Notes: generated by a model not told the origin, from the letters alone. 63,378 nucleotides of DNA from an uncultured Turneriella sp. (GCA_964356715.1 CAYHJO010000001.1:1-63378), one strand, 5' to 3'; numbered from the stretch's first letter, positions 28,000 to 38,232 are shown. Numbers and translations are program-made.

Positions 28000-28036
28000 T
28001 TGACATGTTATCATTATGACAAACAATGATAACATG
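28000..28036 (+). promoter_or_regulatory. TA promoter (TTGACA) overlapped by a 12-bp inverted-repeat operator
   Basis: TTGACA 28000-28005; CATGTTATCATT-N9-AATGATAACATG 28004-28036, ending on ATG 28034. Confidence 0.7.
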
Positions 28037-28261
28037 ATAAGGACGCAGATATCTCTCGAAAGCGAAGTCTATGAAGAGGCCAAGCTTTATGCGGCCGAAA
28101 GCGGTATTTCTCTGGCGGAATTTTGCCGCCAGAGCGTAACCGAGCAACTGGTCAAATACCGTAAGTCAGGCCCCATTGCGCGTTTTGTCGGTATCTACGA
28201 CGGTGACCCCAACGACAGCTCAACCGTCGACGAGGTTGTGTACGGTAAGCGCTACGTATGA
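28034..28261 (+). CDS. vapB: RHH/CopG-type antitoxin (VapB-like)
   Basis: MIRTQISL...A...GISLAEFCR RHH pattern; ATGA overlap with the PIN gene. Confidence 0.8.
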   Translation: MIRTQISLESEVYEEAKLYAAESGISLAEFCRQSVTEQLVKYRKSGPIARFVGIYDGDPNDSSTVDEVVYGKRYV

Positions 28262-28665
28262 CCGAGAAAGTATTTATCGACAGCGGCATTTTCATCGCCT
28301 ATTTGAACAGGCGCGACCGCTGGCACCAGCAGGCGCTCTACCTGTTCCAGGAGAAGCACGTCCAGCCTTATACTTCCGAGCTGGTCATTTCAGAGACGTA
28401 TTCGTGGTTCCTGCACCAGGCGGGTGAAGAGATAGCGCGGCAGTTTCGTCTCTTAGTACGCGCAATTCCCAAACTCAAAATTCTTTATTCATCTGCCGAT
28501 GCGCACACGGCGACGGAGTCGATGCTTGACAAGCACCGCGGAGCAAAGTTGACCTACGTCGATGCCGCAAGTCTTGCATTTTTGGATGGCCAGAAAATAC
28601 CGACGGTCTGGTCGACCGACTACCATCTTTCGCTCACCGGCAGAACTATCAGACCGGTGAAATGA
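28258..28665 (+). CDS. vapC: PIN-domain toxin (VapC)
   Basis: VFIDSG, SE.VISET, TYVDAAS, STDYH acidic PIN tetrad. Confidence 0.88.
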   Translation: MTEKVFIDSGIFIAYLNRRDRWHQQALYLFQEKHVQPYTSELVISETYSWFLHQAGEEIARQFRLLVRAIPKLKILYSSADAHTATESMLDKHRGAKLTYVDAASLAFLDGQKIPTVWSTDYHLSLTGRTIRPVK

Positions 28666-28674
28666 GTATTGCGA

Positions 28675-30435
28675 TCACGCGGATGCTATTTTTTCAACCA
28701 GCTCAGATTCTGTCAGTTCAAACTTTTCGCCAGATTTGCGCAGCTTCACCTCCAGTTTACCCGATTCGATCGACTTCTTGCCGACAGTCACAATAAGCGG
28801 AAAACCTACCAGTTCGGCGTCGTTGAATTTTACCCCGGCGCGTTCGTCGCGGTCGTCAAGATACACGGTGATACCACGATCTTTGAGTGTCGTATAGAGT
28901 TTGTCGACGAAAGCCACTTCGGCTTCAGCTTTTGCCAGCGACACCAGATAGACCACGAACGGCGATAGCGTTTTGTTCCAGATCAGGCCGCGCTCGTCAT
29001 GGTTCTGTTCGATCGCCGTGGCCACCGTGCGGCCAACGCCGATGCCGTAGCAACCCATGGTGGGGTGCAGCGGTTTGCCGTTGGGGTCGAGCACTGTGAG
29101 ATTCATCGCCTGCGTGTATTTTTTGCCGAGCTTGAAAATGTGACCGACCTCGATGCCGCGGGTCTCTGTGAGTTCGGCTTTTTGGCATTGCGGGCAGATG
29201 TCTGCCGCGTGCGCTACGATGAGATCGTGGCCGTCGCCTGCTTGAAAATCTCTGCCTTCAGCAACCTGCTTCTTGTGGTAGCCGGTTTTGTTCGCGCCGG
29301 TGATGAGGCCGCTGCGTCCCCTGAGATGGCGGTCAAAAAAGATGCGAAGAATTTTCTTGTCGATTTTATCGCCGTCTTTATTCTTTAATCCCACTGGCCC
29401 TGCGTAGCCCGGTTCTGCACCGGTTAGTGCGTTGATAGTTTCTTCGGAGGCCAGCCAATAGTCGGTGGCACCTGCCAGATTCTTCATCTTGATCTCAGAC
29501 AGTTCGCGATCGCCCTGCACAAAACACAGGTAGATGTTTTGCGCGTCTTCGAAAATGACCGCTTTGATAAAATCGCGCGGGTTCTGCCCGGTCAGCTTCG
29601 CCACTTCGTCGATGGTTTTGAGGGCACCGGTTTCAAAATCTTCGACGCCCCCCTTGACTGCGCTCGGCGAGCGGTCGGTGAGCGCAGCCGAACCTCCGCG
29701 CTTCGGGTTTTCAATGAACGCTGTCTTCTCTTGATTTGAACGATAACCACACTTCTCATCGCTGCATAAGAGCAGTGTCTCTTCGCCGATAGAAGACGCG
29801 ACCATGAATTCTTCAGAGCCGCTACCGCCCATGTTGCCCGAGTCGGCCTCGACCGGTATCGTTTTTAATCCGCAGCGTTCGAAGATTGCGCGGTAGCATT
29901 CGCGCATTTTCTGGTAGGTTTCGTCGAGTGATTTGTCGTCGGTGTGAAACGAATACGCATCTTTCATCACGAATTCGCGGCAGCGGATCAGGCCATAGCG
30001 CGGCCGAATTTCGTCGCGGTATTTGCGGCCGATCTGGTACAGGTTGATCGGCAGCTGTTTGTACGATTGCAGAAAACTGCGCGCGACATCGGTCATCGCC
30101 TCTTCGTGCGTCGGGCCGAGCGCGTATGGCACTTCGTGGCGGTCGGTCATGCGCATCATTTCTTTGCCCATGAGATCCCAGCGGCCAGATTCTTGCCAGA
30201 GTTCAGCGGGAGTGATGACGGGGAGCGTGACTTCGACGCCGCCGAAGCGATTCATCTCTTCGCGCACGATCTGCTCGACCTTGCGGTGAACCATGTCGCC
30301 GAACGGCAGATAAGCATAGAGGCCTGAACCCTGCTTGCGGATGTAACCCGCGCGCGACAGCAGGCGATGTGAAGCGACCTGCGCGTCTTTGGGATCGTCC
30401 TTGGAAGTGAAGAGAGGTAATTGTGACGCGCGCAT
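28675..30435 (-). CDS. proS: Proline-tRNA ligase (bacterial type with INS editing domain)
   Basis: GPTHEE, RDEIRPRYG..R.REF.MKDAYSF, GIEVGHIFKLG, MGCYGIG, GVKFNDAEL. Confidence 0.97.
   Translation of the reverse strand: MRASQLPLFTSKDDPKDAQVASHRLLSRAGYIRKQGSGLYAYLPFGDMVHRKVEQIVREEMNRFGGVEVTLPVITPAELWQESGRWDLMGKEMMRMTDRHEVPYALGPTHEEAMTDVARSFLQSYKQLPINLYQIGRKYRDEIRPRYGLIRCREFVMKDAYSFHTDDKSLDETYQKMRECYRAIFERCGLKTIPVEADSGNMGGSGSEEFMVASSIGEETLLLCSDEKCGYRSNQEKTAFIENPKRGGSAALTDRSPSAVKGGVEDFETGALKTIDEVAKLTGQNPRDFIKAVIFEDAQNIYLCFVQGDRELSEIKMKNLAGATDYWLASEETINALTGAEPGYAGPVGLKNKDGDKIDKKILRIFFDRHLRGRSGLITGANKTGYHKKQVAEGRDFQAGDGHDLIVAHAADICPQCQKAELTETRGIEVGHIFKLGKKYTQAMNLTVLDPNGKPLHPTMGCYGIGVGRTVATAIEQNHDERGLIWNKTLSPFVVYLVSLAKAEAEVAFVDKLYTTLKDRGITVYLDDRDERAGVKFNDAELVGFPLIVTVGKKSIESGKLEVKLRKSGEKFELTESELVEKIASA
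29651..29694. repeat. REP-like hairpin inserted in frame in proS
   Basis: GACTGCGCTC...GAGCGCAGCC stem; the half CGGTCGGTGAGCGCAGCCGAACC matches CGGCTGGTGAGCGGAGCCGAACC at about 43933-43955. Confidence 0.65.
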
Positions 30436-30579
30436 AAGGGGAAAAACCGAATTTTAGATGGGGCGTAAAGCAGAGAGCAGGATTCACGTGCTCTGCGCGC
30501 GACATGAGATCGCATATTGGCGCAGAGAACAAGGATGTTCGAATCATTGACCTGCCGTCTTTGTGATATGCGTTGGAAG

Positions 30580-32001
30580 ATGCTCACCAGGCTCAGATCG
30601 ATAATTCTCAAACCCTATCAGGATACCGGCTATGTCATCAGGCGTAAGGCGACGATCCTGTATTATTTCTGCTTATCGCTGGTTTTGCTCATGCCCGCCT
30701 TCATGCTCATCTATCTTATCTGGATTCCTCACCGTTTACCCATTGCGGGGCCGCCGATGGTCGCGGCAATGGTGATCGGCGTCACGTGTCTGCTTATTCT
30801 TGCCGCGGGAAAATTCTACATTGCCGGACAGACGCTGGCCTTCGTTGCGTTCCTGATTATCGCCGCGGCACAATTCAGAAAGCTCGACGGCGAATATTTT
30901 ACTGCTTATTCGACGTTTATCCACCTGTTCGCGATACCGATTCTCATCGTCGGGCTTTTTGGTCGTAAACGCTATATTCTGCCTATCTACGGCGTGATGG
31001 TGTTCGCCAATATCGCCTTCTTCTTGCTACTGCGGCCAAGAATCTACGGCGAATACCTGACTGCCGCACAGGTCGGAATGATGACGAGCATCATATCTCT
31101 GACGTTAATCACGACTCTGCTTTTCCTGCTGCGTAATGTCATGGATTCTGCGGTTACCGAAGTGGAGAAAACAAACGCTTCCATGAACCGGTTTGTGCCG
31201 ACCGAGTTTCTGCAGCTACTGAATCGTAAGAATATTCATGAAGTGGGTCTCGGCGACCATACTGAACAGGAAATGACCATTTTATTTGCCGATATCCGTA
31301 ATTTCACCGGCATTTCAGAGACACTCAGTCCGGCCGAAAATTTTTCCTTCATTAACGACTACCTGAGCGTGATGGGGCCGATCATTCGTGAGAATAATGG
31401 ATTCATCGACAAATACATCGGTGACGCGATTCTTGCGCTGTTCTTTAACCCTGCGGATGCAGCGCGCGCCGCAGTAGCGATGCATGACATGTTGCAACGC
31501 TTCAACGCGCAGTTTGTCGACGGTATTTTTCCCGAAATACGCATCGGTATCGGCATTCATACCGGGCGTATCATGCTGGGCACGATCGGTGAAGTCAGGC
31601 GCATGGAGAACACGGTCATCAGCGACACGGTCAACGCCGCTTCACGCATTGAGAGCATGACCAAAAAGCTTTCGGCTGGCATCTTGCTCAGCGGCGAAGC
31701 GTTGGCGCAGATTCCGAAAGACGATTACGTGGTGCGTCTGGTCGATGTGGCACAACCCCGCGGCAAAACGCAGACTCTCGAAATATACGAATTGCTGAAC
31801 CCGCTGTCTGAGAATCGGCGCAGACTTTTATTGTCATATGACCCGCTTTACCGCAAGGCGCTGACCGCGATGCAGGAAGGCAGCTTTGCAGATGCGCGCA
31901 CGGGTTTTGAAGAGTGCCTTAAGATTTGCCCGGACGATGGCGCTGTCTTGTACCACCTGCGCTTGTTGGCCAAAATGGCGTTGCTCAGGAAGAAAAGCTA
32001 A
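30580..32001 (+). CDS. Membrane class III adenylate/guanylate cyclase with C-terminal TPR-like helices (start uncertain)
   Basis: RFVP, LFADIRNFT, DKYIGDAI, GIGIHTG, TVISDTVNAASR. Confidence 0.9.
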   Translation: MLTRLRSIILKPYQDTGYVIRRKATILYYFCLSLVLLMPAFMLIYLIWIPHRLPIAGPPMVAAMVIGVTCLLILAAGKFYIAGQTLAFVAFLIIAAAQFRKLDGEYFTAYSTFIHLFAIPILIVGLFGRKRYILPIYGVMVFANIAFFLLLRPRIYGEYLTAAQVGMMTSIISLTLITTLLFLLRNVMDSAVTEVEKTNASMNRFVPTEFLQLLNRKNIHEVGLGDHTEQEMTILFADIRNFTGISETLSPAENFSFINDYLSVMGPIIRENNGFIDKYIGDAILALFFNPADAARAAVAMHDMLQRFNAQFVDGIFPEIRIGIGIHTGRIMLGTIGEVRRMENTVISDTVNAASRIESMTKKLSAGILLSGEALAQIPKDDYVVRLVDVAQPRGKTQTLEIYELLNPLSENRRRLLLSYDPLYRKALTAMQEGSFADARTGFEECLKICPDDGAVLYHLRLLAKMALLRKKS

Positions 32002-32052
32002 TTGCAGTGACCTTTCGCTTTACAGCGCCATGCGCGCCCATAGGTGAGCTGA

Positions 32053-32592
32053 ATGCAGGCGATTAAGAACTATATTGGCGGCTTTTTCGGTTCGCTGCTA
32101 GAACGTATTTTTGTCTTTTTTATGGCGCTGTTTCTCAGCCAGGCGCCGCAATATATGAACTTGTACCTCAATGTTCTAAGCGGCGCCAAAGCAGCCTATG
32201 AAAAATCCGTCAAAGAAATCGCTGAAAAGGCCGGCGAATTGGGCATGAGCACCAAAGAGTTCATCGCTGACCTGACGAAATCGCAGAGCCAGGCAGCGAA
32301 AAAATCGGGAGAGCTGCACCAGAGCCAGATCAAAAATTTCGAATTGGCGAAAAAAGCCTTTGACGCGATCAAAAATGCTTCGGCCTTCGTGCGTCCGTTT
32401 GTTTTCCTGAAGCATGTAGACTGGGCGTTGGCGAAGAATGTACAGTTCCAGCCCGCGCTGCCTTTCACGCTCGAATCCCTGATCTACGTGATCGTCGGCA
32501 TTATCCTCGGCATGGTACTCTACCGCCTGCTGGCCTTCTATCCCCGCCGCTGGCTGGGTGGCGGGAAAAACAAGCAGCAACCCGCTTATTAA
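32053..32592 (+). CDS. DUF2937-like membrane protein
   Basis: SQ.PQY...Y...L.G pattern, two TM segments. Confidence 0.65.
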   Translation: MQAIKNYIGGFFGSLLERIFVFFMALFLSQAPQYMNLYLNVLSGAKAAYEKSVKEIAEKAGELGMSTKEFIADLTKSQSQAAKKSGELHQSQIKNFELAKKAFDAIKNASAFVRPFVFLKHVDWALAKNVQFQPALPFTLESLIYVIVGIILGMVLYRLLAFYPRRWLGGGKNKQQPAY

Positions 32593-32632
32593 CCAATCAG
32601 TGAATGTTGCGTGGGAACATTCACTGATTGGT
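32592..32632. terminator. 17-bp-stem hairpin between convergent genes, overlapping the apaG stop
   Basis: ACCAATCAGTGAATGTT-gcgtggg-AACATTCACTGATTGGT. Confidence 0.65.
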
Positions 32633-33010
32633 CGTTAGATAAAACCGCGCAATACGCACTTCAAACGGCTGCCCGTCGCGGCGCACCATGCTGAACGAGC
32701 CTTCCATCGTGCCGAAATTCGTGCCCAGCGGGCAGAAACTCGAATAAGAGTACGTGCCGCCGGGTTCGAGTTCGGGTTCTTCGCCCACCACTCCGGGGCC
32801 GTAAACGTCTTCGCGTTTGCCGTCGGAATCAATGATAATCCAGTGGCGGGATTTCAGTTTTGCCCATTCGTTGCCTTCGTTGGTGATGGTGATTTTATAA
32901 CGAAACAGGTACTGGCTTTCTTCCGGTATTGAGCGTTCGAGCAGGTAATGCGGCTCGGCTTTGATGCGTATGCCTTCGGTGACAATCTCTGAATCGGCCG
33001 TGGCTGGCAT
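32621..33010 (-). CDS. apaG: ApaG/CorD protein
   Basis: SRHWIIID, GPGVVGEEP, YSSFCPL.T..GTMEG. Confidence 0.95.
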   Translation of the reverse strand: MPATADSEIVTEGIRIKAEPHYLLERSIPEESQYLFRYKITITNEGNEWAKLKSRHWIIIDSDGKREDVYGPGVVGEEPELEPGGTYSYSSFCPLGTNFGTMEGSFSMVRRDGQPFEVRIARFYLTTNQ

Positions 33011-33172
33011 ACGTACCTCTGCCTCCGCCGCAGCGGCTGTAAAGGACGATTTGCATGCTGGCCAGGCGCTGCCGGCATTTTGAATTGGCAAAATACATTG
33101 ACGGAGCGTCTCTTTAATGAAGAGACATAACTCCTTCGGCCAAAAGCACGGACTTTTTGCTGACTTCCACGC

Positions 33173-34288
33173 ATGCTCGCAGAGATATTATCGCGCTACA
33201 AATCGGCTTCGTCGCTGGTCTTTACTGTGCTTTTTTGCCTGAGTTGCCTCATCTGGAAATCGAACCTGGTTTCGCGCACGGCAAATTCCGCGAGCCAGGC
33301 GTTGGATTTCTTTTCGGGTACATTCTCTTCTTTTGGTAAGGGCATTTCGCGCTTCGTCGACAGCTACGGGACATATGAAGCGGTCCGCGCCGAGCGTGAT
33401 GCGCTGCGCGACAAGGTGAAATCCAACCTCGACATTCAGGTTGAACTCGTACGACTGCGCGAAGAAAACGTGAAGCTGCGCCAGTTTCTACAGCTGCCGC
33501 CCGTCAGCCAGTTTCCGGTGCTGCAGGCTGAGGTGATTTCGCAGGACCCCGATAACTGGTTCCGCACGATCATCATTAATAAAGGCAGCGCAGATGGCAT
33601 CGCTACTTACATGCCGGTCGTCGCGATGCAGTCGGTCATCGTGCCCGCACAGGACAATAAACCCGCCGAGACGAGGCTCATTGTGGGCATCGTCGGCAAG
33701 ATCATCCAGGTGAATCCGCATTCGGCGCGCATTCTGCCGCTGACAGACCAGTTTTCGCGCATCGGTGTTACGGTGAAAAAGACCGGCCACTGGGCATTGC
33801 TGAACGGGCAGAGCCCGCATCAGGATTCGCCGCTCATCGATTACCTGAGCCTGGGCGTGTTTATTTCGACGGGAGATGAAATTGTGACGTCCGGCGGGGA
33901 TGGCATTTTTCCGCGCGGTTTGCCCGTCGGGACCGTCGGCAAACGCATCGAGCGTCTTGGCAGTTTCCAGAAAGCCGAAATTATGCCGGTGATTGATTTC
34001 AAAAAACTGGATTTCGTCATCGTCATTCAAAAAAAGGTCGAGACCGAAGCGCTCAACTTTTTGCCTTTGAAGCCTGACACCGTCGAAGAACCGAAACTGC
34101 AGCCCGCGCCACCGGCTCCCAAAAAAACAAACCCGGAAGATGCAGATGAAACCGATGAACCCGCGGCAAAAAAGGCCGACAGCAAAACCGGCGCATTGAA
34201 GCCCGAAAAGAGTGCTGCTGCGATCTCTCCTGAATCACCAAAAGCGGCCGCCCCCGCGACAGCTGCACCGGGCGAGGCGACACCATGA
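33173..34288 (+). CDS. mreC: Rod shape-determining protein MreC
   Basis: Coiled coil LREEN.KLR, INKGS.DG, VTSG.DGIFPRGLPVG. Confidence 0.93.
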   Translation: MLAEILSRYKSASSLVFTVLFCLSCLIWKSNLVSRTANSASQALDFFSGTFSSFGKGISRFVDSYGTYEAVRAERDALRDKVKSNLDIQVELVRLREENVKLRQFLQLPPVSQFPVLQAEVISQDPDNWFRTIIINKGSADGIATYMPVVAMQSVIVPAQDNKPAETRLIVGIVGKIIQVNPHSARILPLTDQFSRIGVTVKKTGHWALLNGQSPHQDSPLIDYLSLGVFISTGDEIVTSGGDGIFPRGLPVGTVGKRIERLGSFQKAEIMPVIDFKKLDFVIVIQKKVETEALNFLPLKPDTVEEPKLQPAPPAPKKTNPEDADETDEPAAKKADSKTGALKPEKSAAAISPESPKAAAPATAAPGEATP

Positions 34289-34845
34289 TTCTTGAAAAAG
34301 TCGTTATTGCCATCGCGATCTTTGTCTCTTATTTTTTACAGACCAGCGTGGATTTTTTTGCGCTGGGCAGCATAAAACCCGATTTTCTGCTGATGCTGAC
34401 CGTCTACTTTGCGCTTTACCGCGGTTCGTTCTCTGCGCTCTGGGTCGGCTTTTTCGGCGGCCTGCTGCAGGATGTAAACCTCGGCGGTTATACCAACCTC
34501 ATCCGGCAAGATCTGCAATACTACATCGGCACCTCGGCGCTGGCGAAAACTATTGTCGGTTTTATCGCCGGCAAAGTCGCCCGCGATATCAATAAAGAAG
34601 CGACGTCGCTGATTGTGATTGTGGTGTTTGTCGCCTGTTTTGTCAAAGGCGTGATTATGTTCTTCACCGTGGCGATTTTCCACAGCAGCGCTCACGCTTC
34701 TGCGCTTATCACCATCGTTTTGCCCGAGGCGCTGTTCACTGCTGTGCTGTCGATAGTGTGGTTCAGAGTGCTCAAATGGGCATTCCCGACCGTCGAAAAA
34801 TCCACAATGGGGCCGCAAGGGATTATCCGCAGATTGGGCCAATAG
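34285..34845 (+). CDS. mreD: Rod shape-determining protein MreD
   Basis: KPDFLL, GF.GGLLQD, multi-TM, operon position. Confidence 0.9.
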   Translation: MILEKVVIAIAIFVSYFLQTSVDFFALGSIKPDFLLMLTVYFALYRGSFSALWVGFFGGLLQDVNLGGYTNLIRQDLQYYIGTSALAKTIVGFIAGKVARDINKEATSLIVIVVFVACFVKGVIMFFTVAIFHSSAHASALITIVLPEALFTAVLSIVWFRVLKWAFPTVEKSTMGPQGIIRRLGQ

Positions 34846-34851
34846 AACAGC

Positions 34852-36708
34852 ATGGCGCAAACCATTCAGCAGTTTCAGTTGCGGCAGCGCCTCGACCGCC
34901 GCGTCACCGCACTGACGATTTTCACGCTGGCGATGCTGGGTGTATTATTGCTCAGAATCGGCGATCTGCAGTTGTTGCGCGGCGATGAGTTTTTTGAAAA
35001 ATCGCAGCGCGTGATACGCCGCGTGGTCGCGCTGACCGCGCCGCGTGGCGAGATGTTTGCGCGCAATTACACCAGCCGCGACAAAGCAACGTATATCGTT
35101 TCAAACTCATCGGCCGTGTCGCTGAGCGTGATTCCTTCGCATTTCCCTAAAAAGAAAGAGCTGCGGGAGCTGGTCGCCAAACTCGAACGCCTGCTGCGCT
35201 ATCCGGAAGGCTCGCTGACATCGCGCGTCGCGGACAACAAATATAAAGCGCATGAAGAAATCGTGCTGATCGAAAACCTGAAGCCCGAGCAGACCACGGT
35301 GATTGCCGATTATTACATCACCTTCTCCAAATTTATCATCCGTCCCACTTCACGGCGCTTCTATAATCTCGGCCCCGCGGCGGCTCACCTGACCGGCTAC
35401 ATCGGTTTACCGAACCAGCGCGAGGTCGCAGCAGGCGTGCGCAGCTACCAGTACACGGGCAAAAACGGTCTCGAATCGCAGTATGACACGATGCTGCGCG
35501 GCGACGACGGCGAGATTGTGCAGATCAAATCGGCGACCGGCGATATCGAAGAACAGAAAGTGTTCCGCAACTTCGCGCCGGGTAATAACCTGATTCTGAC
35601 GATCGATGCTGATCTGCAGGTCGCGGCAGCGAAGGCGATGGGCGATAAAACCGGCGCGCTGATTGCGATGCGTCCCCATACCGGAGAGATTCTCGCCATC
35701 GTGTCGAAGCCCGATTTTGATCCGAACATCCTCATTGCGCTGGATAACCCGAACCGCTCTGCGCATATCCGGCAGATTCAGGAACAGAAAGCCGAGCTGA
35801 ATCGCGCGATTTCCACGAAATATCCGCCGGCTTCGACTTACAAACCTCTCGTTGCGCTCGCCGGCCTCGAAGAGAAGCGGCTTTCGAAATCAGACCGCTA
35901 TTTCTGCACTGGCAAGTTCACGCTGAAAAGCAGCTACAAGGGTTCGCCCGATGCGGTTTTCAACGACTGGTCGCGCCACGGCAGCAACGATCTCGTCGGC
36001 GGCCTGGCGCAGAGCTGTTCAGTGTATTTTTACGAAGCTGGCTACCGCATGGGTGCCGAGCCGATGATCAAATACTCGCGCTATTTTCACCTGGGCGAAA
36101 GATCGCAAATTGATCTGCCAAGCGAGATCCCGGGTTTTGTGCCGGACGGCGCATGGAAAGAGAAGCAGTTCAACGCGCGCTGGTTCGACGGTGATACCGT
36201 GAATCTGTCGATCGGCCAGGGCTTTATTGAAACGACGCTCATCGGTATGGTTGGGTTCTATTCAGCCGTGGCTACAGGCGGCACCATCTACAAACCCCAC
36301 CTTATCCGCCAGGTCCGTTTTGCCGAAAACGATCAGGTCAAGGTCGATGTTAAGCCGGTTATTCAGGACCAGATTCCGCTGTCGAAGTCGGCCTTGCAGA
36401 CGGTGCGCGAGGGACTGCTGGCAGTAACAACCCGGGGCACCGCCGCGAGTGTATTCCGCGTGCCAGGCATCGTGCAAGTCGGCGGCAAGACCGGTACTGT
36501 GCAGACGCGTTCGGGCGCTCCTTCTGACAAAGCTTCGCAACACGCGTGGTTCATTGGCTACGGTCCATTCGATGGCGATCCCAAAGATGTGCTCGTCATT
36601 GGTGTGATTATCGAGCGTGGCGTCGGCGGCGCTGTGGGCGCGGCACCGATTGCGCGCGACGTGTTTGTGAAATATTCGCAAAAACTCAAAGCGGGGACTG
36701 CAAACTAG
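34852..36708 (+). CDS. mrdA: Penicillin-binding protein 2
   Basis: STYK (SxxK), SCS (SxN variant), KTGT; operon position. Confidence 0.93.
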   Translation: MAQTIQQFQLRQRLDRRVTALTIFTLAMLGVLLLRIGDLQLLRGDEFFEKSQRVIRRVVALTAPRGEMFARNYTSRDKATYIVSNSSAVSLSVIPSHFPKKKELRELVAKLERLLRYPEGSLTSRVADNKYKAHEEIVLIENLKPEQTTVIADYYITFSKFIIRPTSRRFYNLGPAAAHLTGYIGLPNQREVAAGVRSYQYTGKNGLESQYDTMLRGDDGEIVQIKSATGDIEEQKVFRNFAPGNNLILTIDADLQVAAAKAMGDKTGALIAMRPHTGEILAIVSKPDFDPNILIALDNPNRSAHIRQIQEQKAELNRAISTKYPPASTYKPLVALAGLEEKRLSKSDRYFCTGKFTLKSSYKGSPDAVFNDWSRHGSNDLVGGLAQSCSVYFYEAGYRMGAEPMIKYSRYFHLGERSQIDLPSEIPGFVPDGAWKEKQFNARWFDGDTVNLSIGQGFIETTLIGMVGFYSAVATGGTIYKPHLIRQVRFAENDQVKVDVKPVIQDQIPLSKSALQTVREGLLAVTTRGTAASVFRVPGIVQVGGKTGTVQTRSGAPSDKASQHAWFIGYGPFDGDPKDVLVIGVIIERGVGGAVGAAPIARDVFVKYSQKLKAGTAN

Positions 36709-38232
36709 ATGGAACGATTTGCACGTCTCGACTGGGTTTCCATCTTTCTGTCGGTGTCAGCGACGCTGTTGGGCGTCATCGTGCTCTATGGCGGCGGTGT
36801 GACCGGCGAAGAGCTCGCGCAACGAAAGTTGCTGTGGCTCGTGCTTTGTGTCGTGGTCATGCTCATCTTTGCCAATGTCAATTACCAGTTATTAGGATCG
36901 TTCGCTCCGATTATTTATGCGACCGGTATTGTGATTCTGCTTTTGGTATTGGTTCCCTTTATCGGTCGGGAAGTCAAGGGCGCACGTTCGTGGATACGCT
37001 TTTTCGGCCTTGGCTTTCAACCGGCAGAGTTTATGAAGCTGGTGCTCGTGATTACACTCAGTAAGTACCTGGTTTTGCGCGAGTCAGAAATCGGGAAACT
37101 CAAGGAACTTATCATTCCCGCCGTGCTCGCGACGGTGCCCGCGCTCATGATCGGCATACAACCCGACCTCGGCGGCGCTGTCATGTTCATGGCGATTCTG
37201 TTCGGTATGCTGTTTATCGGTGGCGCAAATACCTCGGTACTGTTCGGTTTCACTATCATCGGCTTTATCTCTCTGTTTACGCCGATGTTTCTCGAATATG
37301 AACGGTACGTTATCGTTGACGAGATCTACAACGCGCTGCGCGAGGAACACTTTCGCCTCGCTGATGCGGTGCGCATTCTGAACTTCGAAGTCTGGGAGGT
37401 CGCCGAAAATCTCGACTATACCACGCGACTGATTCAGGATAAGACCCTTGTTACCTGGGCCAAAGAAACCCTGTCGCAGGGCGAGAACCTGAAGATCTTC
37501 TGGCAGTCGGCGGCCGAAATCGAGAAGGCCAACCCGAGCTTTTTGCGCGATATGCTGCGTAACACGACCGTGATGGTGGCGCTCGGAGCGTCGGGTATCT
37601 TCTTCTATGGACTCGGCGTGCTTGGCAATTTCATGACCGGTGCCCCGTGGATGCGCCGCGTGGGCAATATTGCGCTGATTGTCGGTTTATCCTTCACTTC
37701 GGCGTTCATGACCAACAAGTTCATCAATTTCAAGCCTCACCAGGTCATACGTATTGTCTCGTTCGTGAATCCGGATAAATTCCAGAAAGGCGCGGGCTAC
37801 CAGCTGCGCCATTCGCTGATTACTGTCGGCTCAGGAAAATTTGCCGGCAAAGGTCTCTTTAAAGGCGACATGACAAAAGGTGACACGCCGTTCTTGCCCG
37901 AGTGGTATAACGACTTCATCTTTTCCGTGGTGGGCGAACAGCTGGGCTTCTGGGGATCGGCGCTGCTGTTGTTGCTGCTTTTCGGACTGATTTTGCGCGC
38001 GATCAATATCGCCGCCACCTCGAAAGACGATTTTGGGGCAATGCTTGCCTCGGGCATTGCGCTCATTTTCTTTCTGCACGTCTTCATTAACATCGGTATT
38101 TCCGTGGGATTGTTGCCGGTGACCGGTATTCCGCTGAGTTTTGTGAGTTACGGCGGTTCGCACATGCTGCTGTGTTTTGTCTGCGTGGGCATTCTGATTA
38201 ACATTTACCGACGCAGATTTATTAATGCTTGA
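36709..38232 (+). CDS. rodA: Rod shape-determining protein RodA (long form)
   Basis: GARSWI, FQPAEFMK, QPDLG, PE..NDFIF, TGIPLSFVSYGGS. Confidence 0.95.
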   Translation: MERFARLDWVSIFLSVSATLLGVIVLYGGGVTGEELAQRKLLWLVLCVVVMLIFANVNYQLLGSFAPIIYATGIVILLLVLVPFIGREVKGARSWIRFFGLGFQPAEFMKLVLVITLSKYLVLRESEIGKLKELIIPAVLATVPALMIGIQPDLGGAVMFMAILFGMLFIGGANTSVLFGFTIIGFISLFTPMFLEYERYVIVDEIYNALREEHFRLADAVRILNFEVWEVAENLDYTTRLIQDKTLVTWAKETLSQGENLKIFWQSAAEIEKANPSFLRDMLRNTTVMVALGASGIFFYGLGVLGNFMTGAPWMRRVGNIALIVGLSFTSAFMTNKFINFKPHQVIRIVSFVNPDKFQKGAGYQLRHSLITVGSGKFAGKGLFKGDMTKGDTPFLPEWYNDFIFSVVGEQLGFWGSALLLLLLFGLILRAINIAATSKDDFGAMLASGIALIFFLHVFINIGISVGLLPVTGIPLSFVSYGGSHMLLCFVCVGILINIYRRRFINA

